Below are positions 17,992 to 27,556 of a stretch of DNA of 64,000 nucleotides, piece after piece. Numbering within the stretch: the first letter of the stretch is position 1; the number at the start of each line of letters is the position of its first letter. Below the pieces are notes generated by a model that worked only from the letters and a program-made list of their open reading frames with translations, did not search any database and had not been told where the DNA came from. Origin of the DNA: Minisyncoccota bacterium (GTDB lineage Bacteria > Patescibacteriota > Minisyncoccia > Phycocordibacterales > UBA9973); assembly GCA_041663185.1 (NCBI GenBank), contig JBAZQY010000002.1, positions 10,629 through 74,628 on the forward strand, in the 5' to 3' direction. The translations under genes and the position numbers were made by a program.

Positions 17992-20751
17992 ATGCGTGAA
18001 AATAACTACCAAAAGTATATTCAATTTCTAAAAAAAGTTTTAATAAAACTTCGACCTAGATTTTCTTTCCACTACATTGCATATACAACTTTATTTACTC
18101 TTATTATTTTTTCTGTTATTCAATTAGTTTCCGCAACTACTCCAAACCCAGGGCATCCATGGAGTGAACTTGGTGATGGGGTTTTTGTCTTTACAAATAG
18201 CCAAACAGTCACTCCGTATACTTATACATTTCCAGCGGCAAACTCCACAGTTCTGACGACTAATGCGGCAGTGACCGTTGGACAAGGAGGAACTGGGCTT
18301 AATACCATTGCTTCAGGATCAATTTTGGCAGCTAATGCACTCGATACACTTTCAGCGATCACCTCAACAACTGGCACAAAAGTTTTGAAAAATACTGCGG
18401 GCACAATAAGTTGGGAGACAGATAATGGAATGGTTTACCCTGGTGCTGGCATTCCAAATTCCACCGGCAGTGCCTGGGGAACTTCATACTCAACTACAGG
18501 CACAGGCACAGTCGTTGCACTTGCAACTTCACCATCATTTACTACGCCATCACTTGGAGTAGCTTCTGGTACGTCAATTGATTTAGGTACAACAACTCTT
18601 CTCGGTTCTCGAGCTTTAACTGTTGATACTGGTGGAGTATTTAATATTAATATGGGAACGGCAGCAGGAGATGATTTTACTGTTGATACTGATTCACTAG
18701 TCGTAGAGGGGGATACGGGGAGAGTTGGAATTGGAATAAGTACTCCGGCATCTATCTTGGATATTCGCCCCAATACTGGATTAACAGATGTAGGTTTGAA
18801 TGTTCGCCAAACTTATACAGATGCTGGAAGCGGAAATTTTCAAACAGTCCTTAGAACTGAAGACCGAAATGGAACTGCTACTCTCTCTGTGGATTCAAGA
18901 GGACAGGATGGTGCTACTAAATTATCAACCGGAGGAGCTTGGTCAACTTTTGCAGCAGCAGATGCTATTGGTTATAGATATTTAACAAGTAGTAGTGGCG
19001 CTCAGGGAATGCAGGCCAAATATATATTAGTTGGCCCTACTTATTCAAGTGATATTTCAACTCTATCAGCAGGTGGAATATACGGAGGAATGATAGCAAG
19101 TAAAAATCTTTTACTGGAAAGTACTTCACATGCTACTAAAGGGTATGTCCTAATTCAATCAGGAGGAGGAAATACTGGTGTGGGAGGGATATCCACTCCT
19201 ACTGCTCGTCTTCATCTTCCTGCCGGTGCCTTCACTGTCTCGGCCGCACCTCTTAAATTTACTGCTGGCACAAACTTATTGACAGCTGAAGCCGGAGCGA
19301 TGGAATGGGATGGAACAAATCTTTTCATCACTCAAACAACAGGACCAACGAGAAAAAGAATTGCGTATGGCTCAGGAACTGCTAATGAAATTCCTTATTG
19401 GGTGGATTCAAGTACTCTTGGAACTTTGACAACTGCAACTTATCCATCCTTGACGGAACTTTCTTATGTCAAAGGTACAACAAGTGCAATTCAAACTCAA
19501 TTTACTGGCAAAGCAAATACAGCTCTTTCAAACTTGGCTTCAGTTGCGATAAATACATCTTTAGTTTCTGATACTAACAGCACAGATGACTTAGGAAGTT
19601 CATCAGTCTATTGGGCAAACACTTATACAAATACAATTTATGTGAACGCAACAAAAATTGGTGGAACAGCAGTTAGAGGCACAACCGAAGGTACAAATCA
19701 TTTAGATATTTTTGATGGCACGGCACCTGTGGGAACACTGACCAATGGAATATCACTTTATTCTACAGCCGGAGAACTTCGAGTTATGGATGCGGCCGGC
19801 AATGCGACGTTGTTATCGCCACACGAAAATATAAATAACTATTGGGTCTTTGATTCGACTAATCAAGGTACAGGAAAAAGTTTAGTTATAGATATGGAAT
19901 TGATGATGAAAAAATTAAATGAAACTTTTGGTTGGGATTTTGTTCATGAGACTCAAGATGGAATATCAATTGATACTTTAATGGCAGGTCTTGAAACAAA
20001 TATTGTTACTGATACATTTGAAGCCAATGGAGAAGTTACTTTCAATGGACTTGCATTCTTTAATGAAAATGTAAATTTTGCCAAAGGTATAAAATTCAGT
20101 GATGTTGCAGAATTTGAAGTTCCGCCACTTTTCAACAATGATACAGCCGGTTTTGCCATAATTAAAGAAGGGGCTAAATCAGTGCAAGTTTCTTTTGAAA
20201 ATCCATATTTAACGACACCGGTTGTCGCAACCAATATAACTTTTGAAAAAAATGAAGATATAGAATTTAATAGTGAAGACTTTTTCAATCAAGATGTTGA
20301 ATCGGTGGTGATGGATAAAGATCAAGAAGGTTTTACTATCGCCCTTAATCAACCGGCGCCAGTTGATATAAATTTTTCTTGGGTTGCCCTGGCAGTTAAA
20401 GATGTCAAAGTTTATGAAAGCGCGATTGAAGGTTTAGTGATTGAAGATATTGATACTGGTGGAGGAGATACGACAGAAGATACTATTAGTGATATAATTG
20501 AGGATACAACTGATGTGACTGATATCACAACTGATGATACTATTGTCGATACAACAGAAATTATCACGGAAGAAATTATTGAAGATAATACTGATATTAC
20601 AACCGAAGAAATTATCGAAGATAATACTGACACGACAACAGAAGAAATTATTGAAACAACAGAAGAAACAACTGATATTACTACTGATCAAATAGTTGAG
20701 ACAATTTCGAGTTCCGAAGCGACAATTTCTTCCGAAACATCAACTGAATAA
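17992..20751 (+). CDS. giant secreted Thr/Gly-rich surface protein with tail-fibre-like repeats and acidic C-terminal repeat tail
   Basis: Signal peptide/TM (FTLIIFSVIQLVSA). Repeated RVGIGISTPASILDI-type segments seen in fibre/tailspike proteins. Ends in a TEEIIEDNTD repeat. Start set at ATG 17992, behind TATAAT 17973..17978; the listed ORF uses TTG 17983. Confidence 0.6.
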   Translation: MRENNYQKYIQFLKKVLIKLRPRFSFHYIAYTTLFTLIIFSVIQLVSATTPNPGHPWSELGDGVFVFTNSQTVTPYTYTFPAANSTVLTTNAAVTVGQGGTGLNTIASGSILAANALDTLSAITSTTGTKVLKNTAGTISWETDNGMVYPGAGIPNSTGSAWGTSYSTTGTGTVVALATSPSFTTPSLGVASGTSIDLGTTTLLGSRALTVDTGGVFNINMGTAAGDDFTVDTDSLVVEGDTGRVGIGISTPASILDIRPNTGLTDVGLNVRQTYTDAGSGNFQTVLRTEDRNGTATLSVDSRGQDGATKLSTGGAWSTFAAADAIGYRYLTSSSGAQGMQAKYILVGPTYSSDISTLSAGGIYGGMIASKNLLLESTSHATKGYVLIQSGGGNTGVGGISTPTARLHLPAGAFTVSAAPLKFTAGTNLLTAEAGAMEWDGTNLFITQTTGPTRKRIAYGSGTANEIPYWVDSSTLGTLTTATYPSLTELSYVKGTTSAIQTQFTGKANTALSNLASVAINTSLVSDTNSTDDLGSSSVYWANTYTNTIYVNATKIGGTAVRGTTEGTNHLDIFDGTAPVGTLTNGISLYSTAGELRVMDAAGNATLLSPHENINNYWVFDSTNQGTGKSLVIDMELMMKKLNETFGWDFVHETQDGISIDTLMAGLETNIVTDTFEANGEVTFNGLAFFNENVNFAKGIKFSDVAEFEVPPLFNNDTAGFAIIKEGAKSVQVSFENPYLTTPVVATNITFEKNEDIEFNSEDFFNQDVESVVMDKDQEGFTIALNQPAPVDINFSWVALAVKDVKVYESAIEGLVIEDIDTGGGDTTEDTISDIIEDTTDVTDITTDDTIVDTTEIITEEIIEDNTDITTEEIIEDNTDTTTEEIIETTEETTDITTDQIVETISSSEATISSETSTE
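20569..20665 (+). repeat. 36-bp in-frame tandem repeat (about 2.3 copies, GAAGAAATTAT[T/C]GAAGATAATACTGA...) encoding TEEIIEDNTDxTT
   Basis: Units 20569..20604 and 20605..20640 are near-identical. The third copy is partial. Confidence 0.7.
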
Positions 20752-20772
20752 TTTTTTAAAAATAAAAATTTT

Positions 20773-21174
20773 ATGAAAAAAAGAAAAGTTATTAATATTT
20801 TAATTATTATTATTGCACTAGTGGCTTTGGCTTTTAGTTTTTATTTTTATTATAAATTAAATAAAATAGAAAATAATTCTGGAGTTATGATGCAGAAAGA
20901 TTTGGAAGATCTTTTATCAAAAGTTGGGGAACATTATCTTTTGCCGCAAGGAGAAGAACCAACATTAGCAACAGTTTCGGATCCAGAAGTTTTAAAGGGT
21001 CAATCATTTTTTCTTTCATCAGAAAAAGGGGATAAAGTTTTAATTTTTACTAAGGCTCGAAAAGCAGTACTCTATCGTCCAAGTATTGATAAAATTATTG
21101 AAATTACAACTGTTGATCAAAAAACAACTCCTCCAGCATCAACTAATGGACCAATCGGCAATGAGAATTTTTAA
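20773..21174 (+). CDS. small N-terminally anchored hypothetical protein
   Basis: Lys-rich start, one TM helix, then a soluble domain. Overlaps the next gene start by 14 nt in another frame. Confidence 0.35.
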   Translation: MKKRKVINILIIIIALVALAFSFYFYYKLNKIENNSGVMMQKDLEDLLSKVGEHYLLPQGEEPTLATVSDPEVLKGQSFFLSSEKGDKVLIFTKARKAVLYRPSIDKIIEITTVDQKTTPPASTNGPIGNENF

Positions 21175-22648
21175 CTATTTTATTTTAATATTAATACTGC
21201 CATTACTTATTTGGCCATCACCTATTTATGCTTTTGATACAGGAGTGGTTAATCCGGGAACAATGGCCGATGATGCGGCGGTAGGAACTGCCTCTTGGAC
21301 TTTTCCTGATGGAGCAAAAACAAGTAATAATAGTCATGCATATGCATCAAGTACATCAACTGAAACTACTCATTATTTAAAAGCTACAAATTTTGGTTTT
21401 TCTATTCCGACTGGAGCCACAATAAATGGTATTTTAGTTGAGATTGAAAGATATTATGAAACATTAGGAGCGGGAACGGTAAAAGATTCAGAGGTTAAAA
21501 TTATAAAATCAGACGGAACTATTGGCACGACCGATAAGGCAGATACTATTAATGTTTGGCCCCTATCTGATACGTATAAATCTTACGGTTCTTCTTCTGA
21601 TTTGTGGGGAGAGACATGGGCATATTCAGATATAAACGATGCTGATTTTGGTGTTGTTTTGAGCGCCAGTCTTTTGGATGATTTTCCTTTTGCTTATGTT
21701 GACCACATTCGGATTACTGTTTATTACAGTACGGGATTTTCTTGTTCTGTAACTACAGCTGTAGGTTGTTCTGGTACAGTTATTCTTCGAATGTCTGGAA
21801 GTACCAACGCTCACCCAGAACTACCGAGCGAATCGAATGCTAATTATGCCAGTAATGTAGTTTGTTGTACTGGAATTGTCGGTTTAGGTAATTCTTGTTC
21901 TGGAAATTATGCAATTGTTGGAAAATTATCTTCTGCAACAAATGGGCACTTTCAAGAAAATACTTACGGAACCTATGGAAATAATTTTTGTTTATCAAGT
22001 ACCACTCCTGGAGATGAAATAACAATTGGATATCAAAACACTAATTGTTCGGGGTATGATACAACTTTATTTTCTACTTCTTCCTCGGATAATGGAACAG
22101 TCGGAGATGGTAATGCTTATACTCGCAAAATTTGTGGCACCGTAACTCCACTTTATATTTCTTTTTCTATTTCAGATAATTCAATTTATTTTGGAAACCT
22201 TCGATCATCTGGGGCCTGTTGGGCTCAAGGTACAGACCCAGGAGCTGTAGTTTGTCCAAGTCAGACAGAGACAGAAGCATTTAATATGACAGCCAGCACT
22301 AATGCAACTTCTGGTTATAGTATAACAGTACAAGGCCCGACACTTACCTTAGATGGAGGAGGAGATACTATAACTCCACTAGGTTCAAATACATTTTCTA
22401 ATCCTGGCACTGAACAATTTGGTATTAGGTTTACGGCAACTGGTGGTGCGGGTACAGTTACTGTACCATATGCAGCTTCTGGTTATGCTTATGTTGCCGA
22501 TGCTAATACTTCTGATGAAGTAGCGTCTTCTGTAGGTGATTCGGCTACGACTACTTACTCAGCTCGATATATTGCCAATATTTCTAATGTCACAGAAGCC
22601 GGTACTTATTCTGCCAATCACACCTATATACTGACAGGGACTTTTTAG
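21161..22648 (+). CDS. secreted Cys/Thr-rich surface protein, paralog A (shares ~160-aa C-terminal domain with 22762..23829)
   Basis: Signal peptide MRIFNYFILILILPLLIWPSPIYA. C-terminal ISFSISDNSIYFGNLRSSGACWAQGTDPGAVVCP...TYSARYIANISNVTEAGTYS is near-collinear with the next gene. Confidence 0.55.
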   Translation: MRIFNYFILILILPLLIWPSPIYAFDTGVVNPGTMADDAAVGTASWTFPDGAKTSNNSHAYASSTSTETTHYLKATNFGFSIPTGATINGILVEIERYYETLGAGTVKDSEVKIIKSDGTIGTTDKADTINVWPLSDTYKSYGSSSDLWGETWAYSDINDADFGVVLSASLLDDFPFAYVDHIRITVYYSTGFSCSVTTAVGCSGTVILRMSGSTNAHPELPSESNANYASNVVCCTGIVGLGNSCSGNYAIVGKLSSATNGHFQENTYGTYGNNFCLSSTTPGDEITIGYQNTNCSGYDTTLFSTSSSDNGTVGDGNAYTRKICGTVTPLYISFSISDNSIYFGNLRSSGACWAQGTDPGAVVCPSQTETEAFNMTASTNATSGYSITVQGPTLTLDGGGDTITPLGSNTFSNPGTEQFGIRFTATGGAGTVTVPYAASGYAYVADANTSDEVASSVGDSATTTYSARYIANISNVTEAGTYSANHTYILTGTF

Positions 22649-22761
22649 AAAATAATTCAAAGTTATCCACAGAGCTATATTAATATGTCTTTTTTAGAAA
22701 ATATGTTATATAATGTAATTATAGATAAAGGTTGTTTAGTAACTAATAATTAATAATATTT

Positions 22762-23829
22762 ATGTTTAAAATTAAGAGTTTGTTTTTTTCAAAGATAACA
22801 AGCATCGTTACTATTGTTGCTCTTTCTTTGGTTGTTTCTATTGGACCGAATTTAGTGAATGCTGCGAGTCTAACCGCGCTTAAAGATACTCTAAGTACAG
22901 AGTCAGCGACTACGGTAGCTAATCACACGATTCAGTTCACTACTCCAACCGGAGTGGCTTCAGGCCAAACTATTATTTTGACTTTTGATAACAGTACCAG
23001 CGTACCGGTTGCTCTTGACTATACTGATATTGACTTAACTGATGATACGGTAGATGTAACTTTGGCGGCAGCTCCATCGGGAGCAACTTGGGGAGTTGTT
23101 AGAACTTCGAGTACGGTTATTACATTTACTAACGGTACAACTGCAGTTGCCGCGGCTAGTGTTATCGCTATTGAGATTGGTACGCATGCCACTGCTGGTG
23201 TTACTGGTGATCAACAAATAACTAACGGTTCTGCTGGGACCACTTTGCTCACTATCTCTGGAACTTTTACTGATACTGGAACAATTGGTATGCCAATAAT
23301 TACCGATAGTGTGGTAGTTGTTAATGCTCTTGTTCAACCAACTATTTCATTTACTGTTTCTGATAATACAATTTATTTTGGAAACTTAAGAACAGCTGGA
23401 GCTTGTTTTGCTCAAGGTACAGATCCTGGAGCAGTAACTTGTCCGACGACTTCAGAAACAGAAGCTTTCAATCTAACTGCTGGAACCAATGCAACTTCTG
23501 GATACTCGATAACTGTTTATGGGCCAACTCTTACTTCTGGAGCTAATACCATTACCGCTATCGGTGGTACAAATTCGGCTTCTTCCCCCGGTTCTGAACA
23601 ATTTGGAATCAGACTTACAGCGACAGGTGGTTCGGGTGCGGTTTCTGCTCCTTATGCAGATGCTGGTTTTGCTTATGATGCCGCGGCTGCTCCAGATGAG
23701 ATAGCTGCAGCGACTGGTCCATCGGCTACTACCACTTACTCAGCTCGATATCTTGCAAATATTTCGGCTGTCACCGAAGCAGGTACTTATTCAACTAGCC
23801 ATACTCTTGTTGCCACTGCGACATATTAA
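22762..23829 (+). CDS. secreted Thr/Ala-rich surface protein, paralog B
   Basis: Signal peptide. C-terminal ISFTVSDNTIYFGNLRTAGACFAQGTDPGAVTCP...TYSARYLANISAVTEAGTYS. Confidence 0.6.
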   Translation: MFKIKSLFFSKITSIVTIVALSLVVSIGPNLVNAASLTALKDTLSTESATTVANHTIQFTTPTGVASGQTIILTFDNSTSVPVALDYTDIDLTDDTVDVTLAAAPSGATWGVVRTSSTVITFTNGTTAVAAASVIAIEIGTHATAGVTGDQQITNGSAGTTLLTISGTFTDTGTIGMPIITDSVVVVNALVQPTISFTVSDNTIYFGNLRTAGACFAQGTDPGAVTCPTTSETEAFNLTAGTNATSGYSITVYGPTLTSGANTITAIGGTNSASSPGSEQFGIRLTATGGSGAVSAPYADAGFAYDAAAAPDEIAAATGPSATTTYSARYLANISAVTEAGTYSTSHTLVATATY

Positions 23830-23852
23830 TTAATTTGGGATTTATATAAATT

Positions 23853-24884
23853 ATGAATTTTCTAAAAATTAAAAGCGTATCTGTCTTGATTGTTGTTTTT
23901 TTGGGAATGCTTTTTGTGTCTAAACCATTGCTTGTCGATGCCCTTTCAGTTTCTCCAGTTCGATTAGAAATTAAAGGTAATCCAGGTCAAGAATTAAATA
24001 CAGAGATGACCTTGACGAATGATACAGAAAATTCGCAAACATTTTATTCATCATTTGCAAATTTTGAAGCCCAAGGAGAAACAGGCAATCCTGCCTTTGT
24101 AGAATCAAAAGATGATTTAGATAAATGGATGGCAACAAGTACATCAATTACTTTAAATCCGGGAGAGAGTTTAATTGTTCCAATAAAAATTAACATACCG
24201 ATTGATGCAGAAGCCGGAGGACATTTCGCTGCAGTATTTTGGGGAACTTCACCAAATAGACCAGAAGCATCAGCTGTTACGATCGGAGCAAAAATCGGAA
24301 TGCTTATTCTTTTATCGATAAATGGAGAAGTTGAAGAAGCTGGAGGACTTCTGGAGTTTTCAACTATTGATGGGAAATTTTGGTACAATACTTTACCAGT
24401 ATCTTTTCGTTATCGTTTTAAAAATGATGGAGGTGACAGGATAAAACCAATGGGAATAGCTAGAATTAGAAATACCGTTTTTATTCCAGTAGATAAAGTA
24501 AATGCTAATATTTCAGAAGGTAACGTTTTACCTGGTAGTATTCGTCGTTTTGAATTCGATTGGTTAAGGAGTCCACGCGCTAAGAATTTCATTGCCCCCG
24601 ATGGAGTAATTGCTCAATTTTTTGATACAGCCTTATATCAATTTAAAAATTTTGCGGTAGGTTTATATTCAGCTCGTCTTAATCTTTCGTATGGAACTCA
24701 AGAAATTAATACATCTATGACGACATATTTCTTTGTTTTCCCTTGGCAGATGCTTATTTGTTTAATTATTGTGCTTTTGATTGTATTTTGGGGAGGGAAT
24801 AAACTACTAAAACGATACAATAGATACATAATACAAAAGGCACGTCTTGGTATCCATTTACCAAACGAGGCTAATCATGGTTAG
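23853..24884 (+). CDS. signal-peptide protein with Ig-like domain and C-terminal TM anchor; DUF916/DUF3324-like (WxL-locus partner-like) architecture
   Basis: N-terminal signal, LSVSPVRLEIKGNPGQ start of a beta-rich domain, and a single C-terminal TM (FFVFPWQMLICLIIVLLIVFWGG) followed by a short basic tail. Confidence 0.45.
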   Translation: MNFLKIKSVSVLIVVFLGMLFVSKPLLVDALSVSPVRLEIKGNPGQELNTEMTLTNDTENSQTFYSSFANFEAQGETGNPAFVESKDDLDKWMATSTSITLNPGESLIVPIKINIPIDAEAGGHFAAVFWGTSPNRPEASAVTIGAKIGMLILLSINGEVEEAGGLLEFSTIDGKFWYNTLPVSFRYRFKNDGGDRIKPMGIARIRNTVFIPVDKVNANISEGNVLPGSIRRFEFDWLRSPRAKNFIAPDGVIAQFFDTALYQFKNFAVGLYSARLNLSYGTQEINTSMTTYFFVFPWQMLICLIIVLLIVFWGGNKLLKRYNRYIIQKARLGIHLPNEANHG

Positions 24885-25797
24885 TTTTAAATTTACTAGC
24901 AAGCTAATATTTTTTCTATTTGCGGTTTTTTTTATTCCGCAATTTATATTTGCAACTGATATTTTTGATACTTCCGAAGTAACAATATCTGCTCAAGTTA
25001 TTTCAAGTGGAGTTGATGAGGGGGGTGGAGGTGGTTCTAGTGGAAGTAGTATTGAAACTGAAAAAATAAATATTTCTACGATTGTGAATTTTTCGGGAAT
25101 GGCTTATCCTTTCGCCAAGGTATTCATTCTCCAAGATGGCCAAATTGTTGCAACTACAATAGCCAATGAAGAAGCTTATTTTTCTGTCTCATTATCAAAT
25201 CTATCCACCGATACATATACTTTTTCGGTATATGGAGAAGATTCAAGCAATAGAAAATCTTCGTTTTTTTCTTTTCCGATTTTTATTACTTCCGGTACAA
25301 TTGTAAATATTGGTAATATATTTTTATCACCAACCATTGAGATAAATAAGAGTGAAGTTAAAAAAGGAGACAATTTGATTATTTTTGGACAAAGTATTCC
25401 ACAGAAAGAAATTACTATTTCTGTTCATTCAGGCCAAGAATATTTTTATAAAGTGATGTCTGATATGACTGGCGCTTATTTATATGATTTAAATACTTCA
25501 TTACTTGATTTAGGTAAACATCAAACTAAATCAAAAACCACTTCGAACGATCACATTAGTTTATATACGACCCCGTTAGTATTCTTGGTGGGAGTTGTAA
25601 ATAAATCAAAAGATGAAACAATCTGTTCATTTTTGCGAGGAGATTTAAATTGTGACAACCATGTCAATTTGATTGATTTTTCAATTATGGCTTATTGGTA
25701 TAAAAAAATAAATCCACCAGAAAAAGTCGATCTGAATAATGATGGTAAAATTACTTTAGTTGATTTTAGTATAATGGCATTTAATTGGACTGGTTAA
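24877..25797 (+). CDS. secreted protein with C-terminal type-I-like dockerin domain
   Basis: Signal peptide (start moved to ATG 24877). Two Ca-binding dockerin repeats, DLNCDNHVNLIDFSIMAYW and DLNNDGKITLVDFSIMAFNW, of the form DxNxDxxVNxxD followed by a helix. Confidence 0.6.
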   Translation: MVSFKFTSKLIFFLFAVFFIPQFIFATDIFDTSEVTISAQVISSGVDEGGGGGSSGSSIETEKINISTIVNFSGMAYPFAKVFILQDGQIVATTIANEEAYFSVSLSNLSTDTYTFSVYGEDSSNRKSSFFSFPIFITSGTIVNIGNIFLSPTIEINKSEVKKGDNLIIFGQSIPQKEITISVHSGQEYFYKVMSDMTGAYLYDLNTSLLDLGKHQTKSKTTSNDHISLYTTPLVFLVGVVNKSKDETICSFLRGDLNCDNHVNLIDFSIMAYWYKKINPPEKVDLNNDGKITLVDFSIMAFNWTG

Positions 25798-25800
25798 TAT

Positions 25801-26685
25801 ATGAAAAAAATATCATTTAAAAAAATAATATTGTTGATTTTAATACTTTCTTTTTCTGTTTATATGAAAACAGAAGCAGCTTCTATCACTTTAGAAACCC
25901 CCAAAAAACAAGTTGGAATTGGGGAACAGTTTTATGTTGATTTAATATTGGATCCAGACAATCAATCAATCAATACAATTTCTGGAAATATTTCATTTTC
26001 GAGTGGATTAGTTTCATTTATAAGAGCAGAGGAAGCTAAATCTATGGTCCATCTATGGATTGATCATCCAACCATTATTGATAACAGGATCTCTTTTTCT
26101 GGGATAATGCCAAATGGATTTGATGGAGTGATCGATCCATTTAATCAATCACACAAATTACCTGGGCTTATCATCCGTCTTGTTTTTGAAGCATCAAAAC
26201 CTGGAGATGCCGATATTATAACCACTACATTTGTTTTGAATTTAAATGATGGTCAGGGAACAGAAATTTTAGTTTCGCCTGTGCATAATTCTATTAATAT
26301 TGGTAATTTTGTAAATAATTTTAAATATGAAAATAATACAAAAAAAGCCCCAGAGCTTGAAGCATATATAACTCGTGATCCAAATATCTATAATAATAAG
26401 TACATTCTCATATTTTTAGCCAACGATAAAACAACTGGCATAAAAAATGTTATGATAAAAGAAGGGAAAAGGGACTGGAAGGAAATAGAAAGTCCTTATT
26501 TATTGGAAGACCAGTCGCGACACAGCCTGATTACCCTACAAGCTACTAATTTTTCTGGTTTGAGTACTGTTCGTAATATTGATAAAATACCTTATAGATG
26601 GGGGATACTCGTTCCAATCTTAGTTGTGATTATAGTAGTAATATCCATCTTTATTATTAAAAAGAAATATGTTCATAAAAAATAA
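25801..26685 (+). CDS. membrane-anchored cohesin-domain protein 1
   Basis: Signal peptide, cohesin-like beta-sandwich segment (ITLETPKKQVGIGEQFYVDLILDPDNQSINTISGNISFSSGLVSF...), C-terminal TM (ILVPILVVIIVVISIFII). Confidence 0.6.
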   Translation: MKKISFKKIILLILILSFSVYMKTEAASITLETPKKQVGIGEQFYVDLILDPDNQSINTISGNISFSSGLVSFIRAEEAKSMVHLWIDHPTIIDNRISFSGIMPNGFDGVIDPFNQSHKLPGLIIRLVFEASKPGDADIITTTFVLNLNDGQGTEILVSPVHNSINIGNFVNNFKYENNTKKAPELEAYITRDPNIYNNKYILIFLANDKTTGIKNVMIKEGKRDWKEIESPYLLEDQSRHSLITLQATNFSGLSTVRNIDKIPYRWGILVPILVVIIVVISIFIIKKKYVHKK

Positions 26686-27556
26686 AAATTTATCTCTTGT
26701 TTTTTTCTTTCTATTTTTTTTATTATCTTTTTTTATTACTAAAGAGACATTTGCAGCAACCGTTAATTTTTCTCCAATTTCAGGAACCTACAATGTTGGA
26801 GATACCATAAAAATAAAAATACTTGTTTCCAGTGATCAATCTATAAATGCTGTTGCAGGACACATTTTTTTCCCATCAGATATTTTGTCAATAGTTTCTT
26901 TATCAAAAGATTCATCCATTATAAATTTTTGGGCGCTAGAACCGTCTTTTTCAAATACCACTGGCCTCATCGCTTTTGAAGGAATTGCTTTGAGTGGTTA
27001 TATCGGAGACGCTGGAGATATTATGACTCTGATTTTTCGAGCAGAATCAGCTGGAGTTGCCGCCTTACGATTTTCGGATATCTCTATTTTAGCTAATGAT
27101 GGAAAAGGAACAGATATATCTTCTGATAATTTATTTAGTGGATCTATAAATATAGAAAAAACTGATAAAAAAATAAATAATCTTGTGGCACAATCAGTAG
27201 CTTCAAATATTGTTGAAAAAATTAAAGAAATTGAGATTTCTAATCATTTACCAAGTAAATCCCTTTTAATTACAACAGCGACTGCTTCTATAATTATTCT
27301 TGGTTTTGTTATTATTTATTTATTTGCTTTTATTTTTCGATTAAAAAAATATTTTAAAACTAAAGTATTAGAAACCAAAAAGATTATTTTTAAAAACTTT
27401 AAAAATCTAGAAAAAAATATTGAATCACAAGCAGTAAGTTCTCAAAAACCAGAAGAACCTGAAATGAATCAAAAGGATGCTGGTATTTTAAGAGAAATTG
27501 TTGGAACCAAAGACGAGATTATTAAAGAGGTTGAAAAAACAGAAAATATTTTATGA
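26669..27556 (+). CDS. membrane-anchored cohesin-domain protein 2
   Basis: Signal peptide, cohesin-like segment (VNFSPISGTYNVGDTIKIKILVSSDQSINAVAGHIFFPSDILSIVSL...), C-terminal TM. Confidence 0.55.
   Translation: MFIKNKNLSLVFFFLFFLLSFFITKETFAATVNFSPISGTYNVGDTIKIKILVSSDQSINAVAGHIFFPSDILSIVSLSKDSSIINFWALEPSFSNTTGLIAFEGIALSGYIGDAGDIMTLIFRAESAGVAALRFSDISILANDGKGTDISSDNLFSGSINIEKTDKKINNLVAQSVASNIVEKIKEIEISNHLPSKSLLITTATASIIILGFVIIYLFAFIFRLKKYFKTKVLETKKIIFKNFKNLEKNIESQAVSSQKPEEPEMNQKDAGILREIVGTKDEIIKEVEKTENIL

Noticed and set aside
20569-20665. 36-bp tandem repeats as a CRISPR array
   Set aside because: The units are directly adjacent with no spacers, lie inside an open reading frame, and encode an acidic peptide repeat.
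20412-20691. Two minus-strand ORFs rich in Ser/Ile/Val
   Set aside because: They are antisense to the acidic repeat tail of the 922-aa surface protein, so they are low-complexity mirror artefacts.
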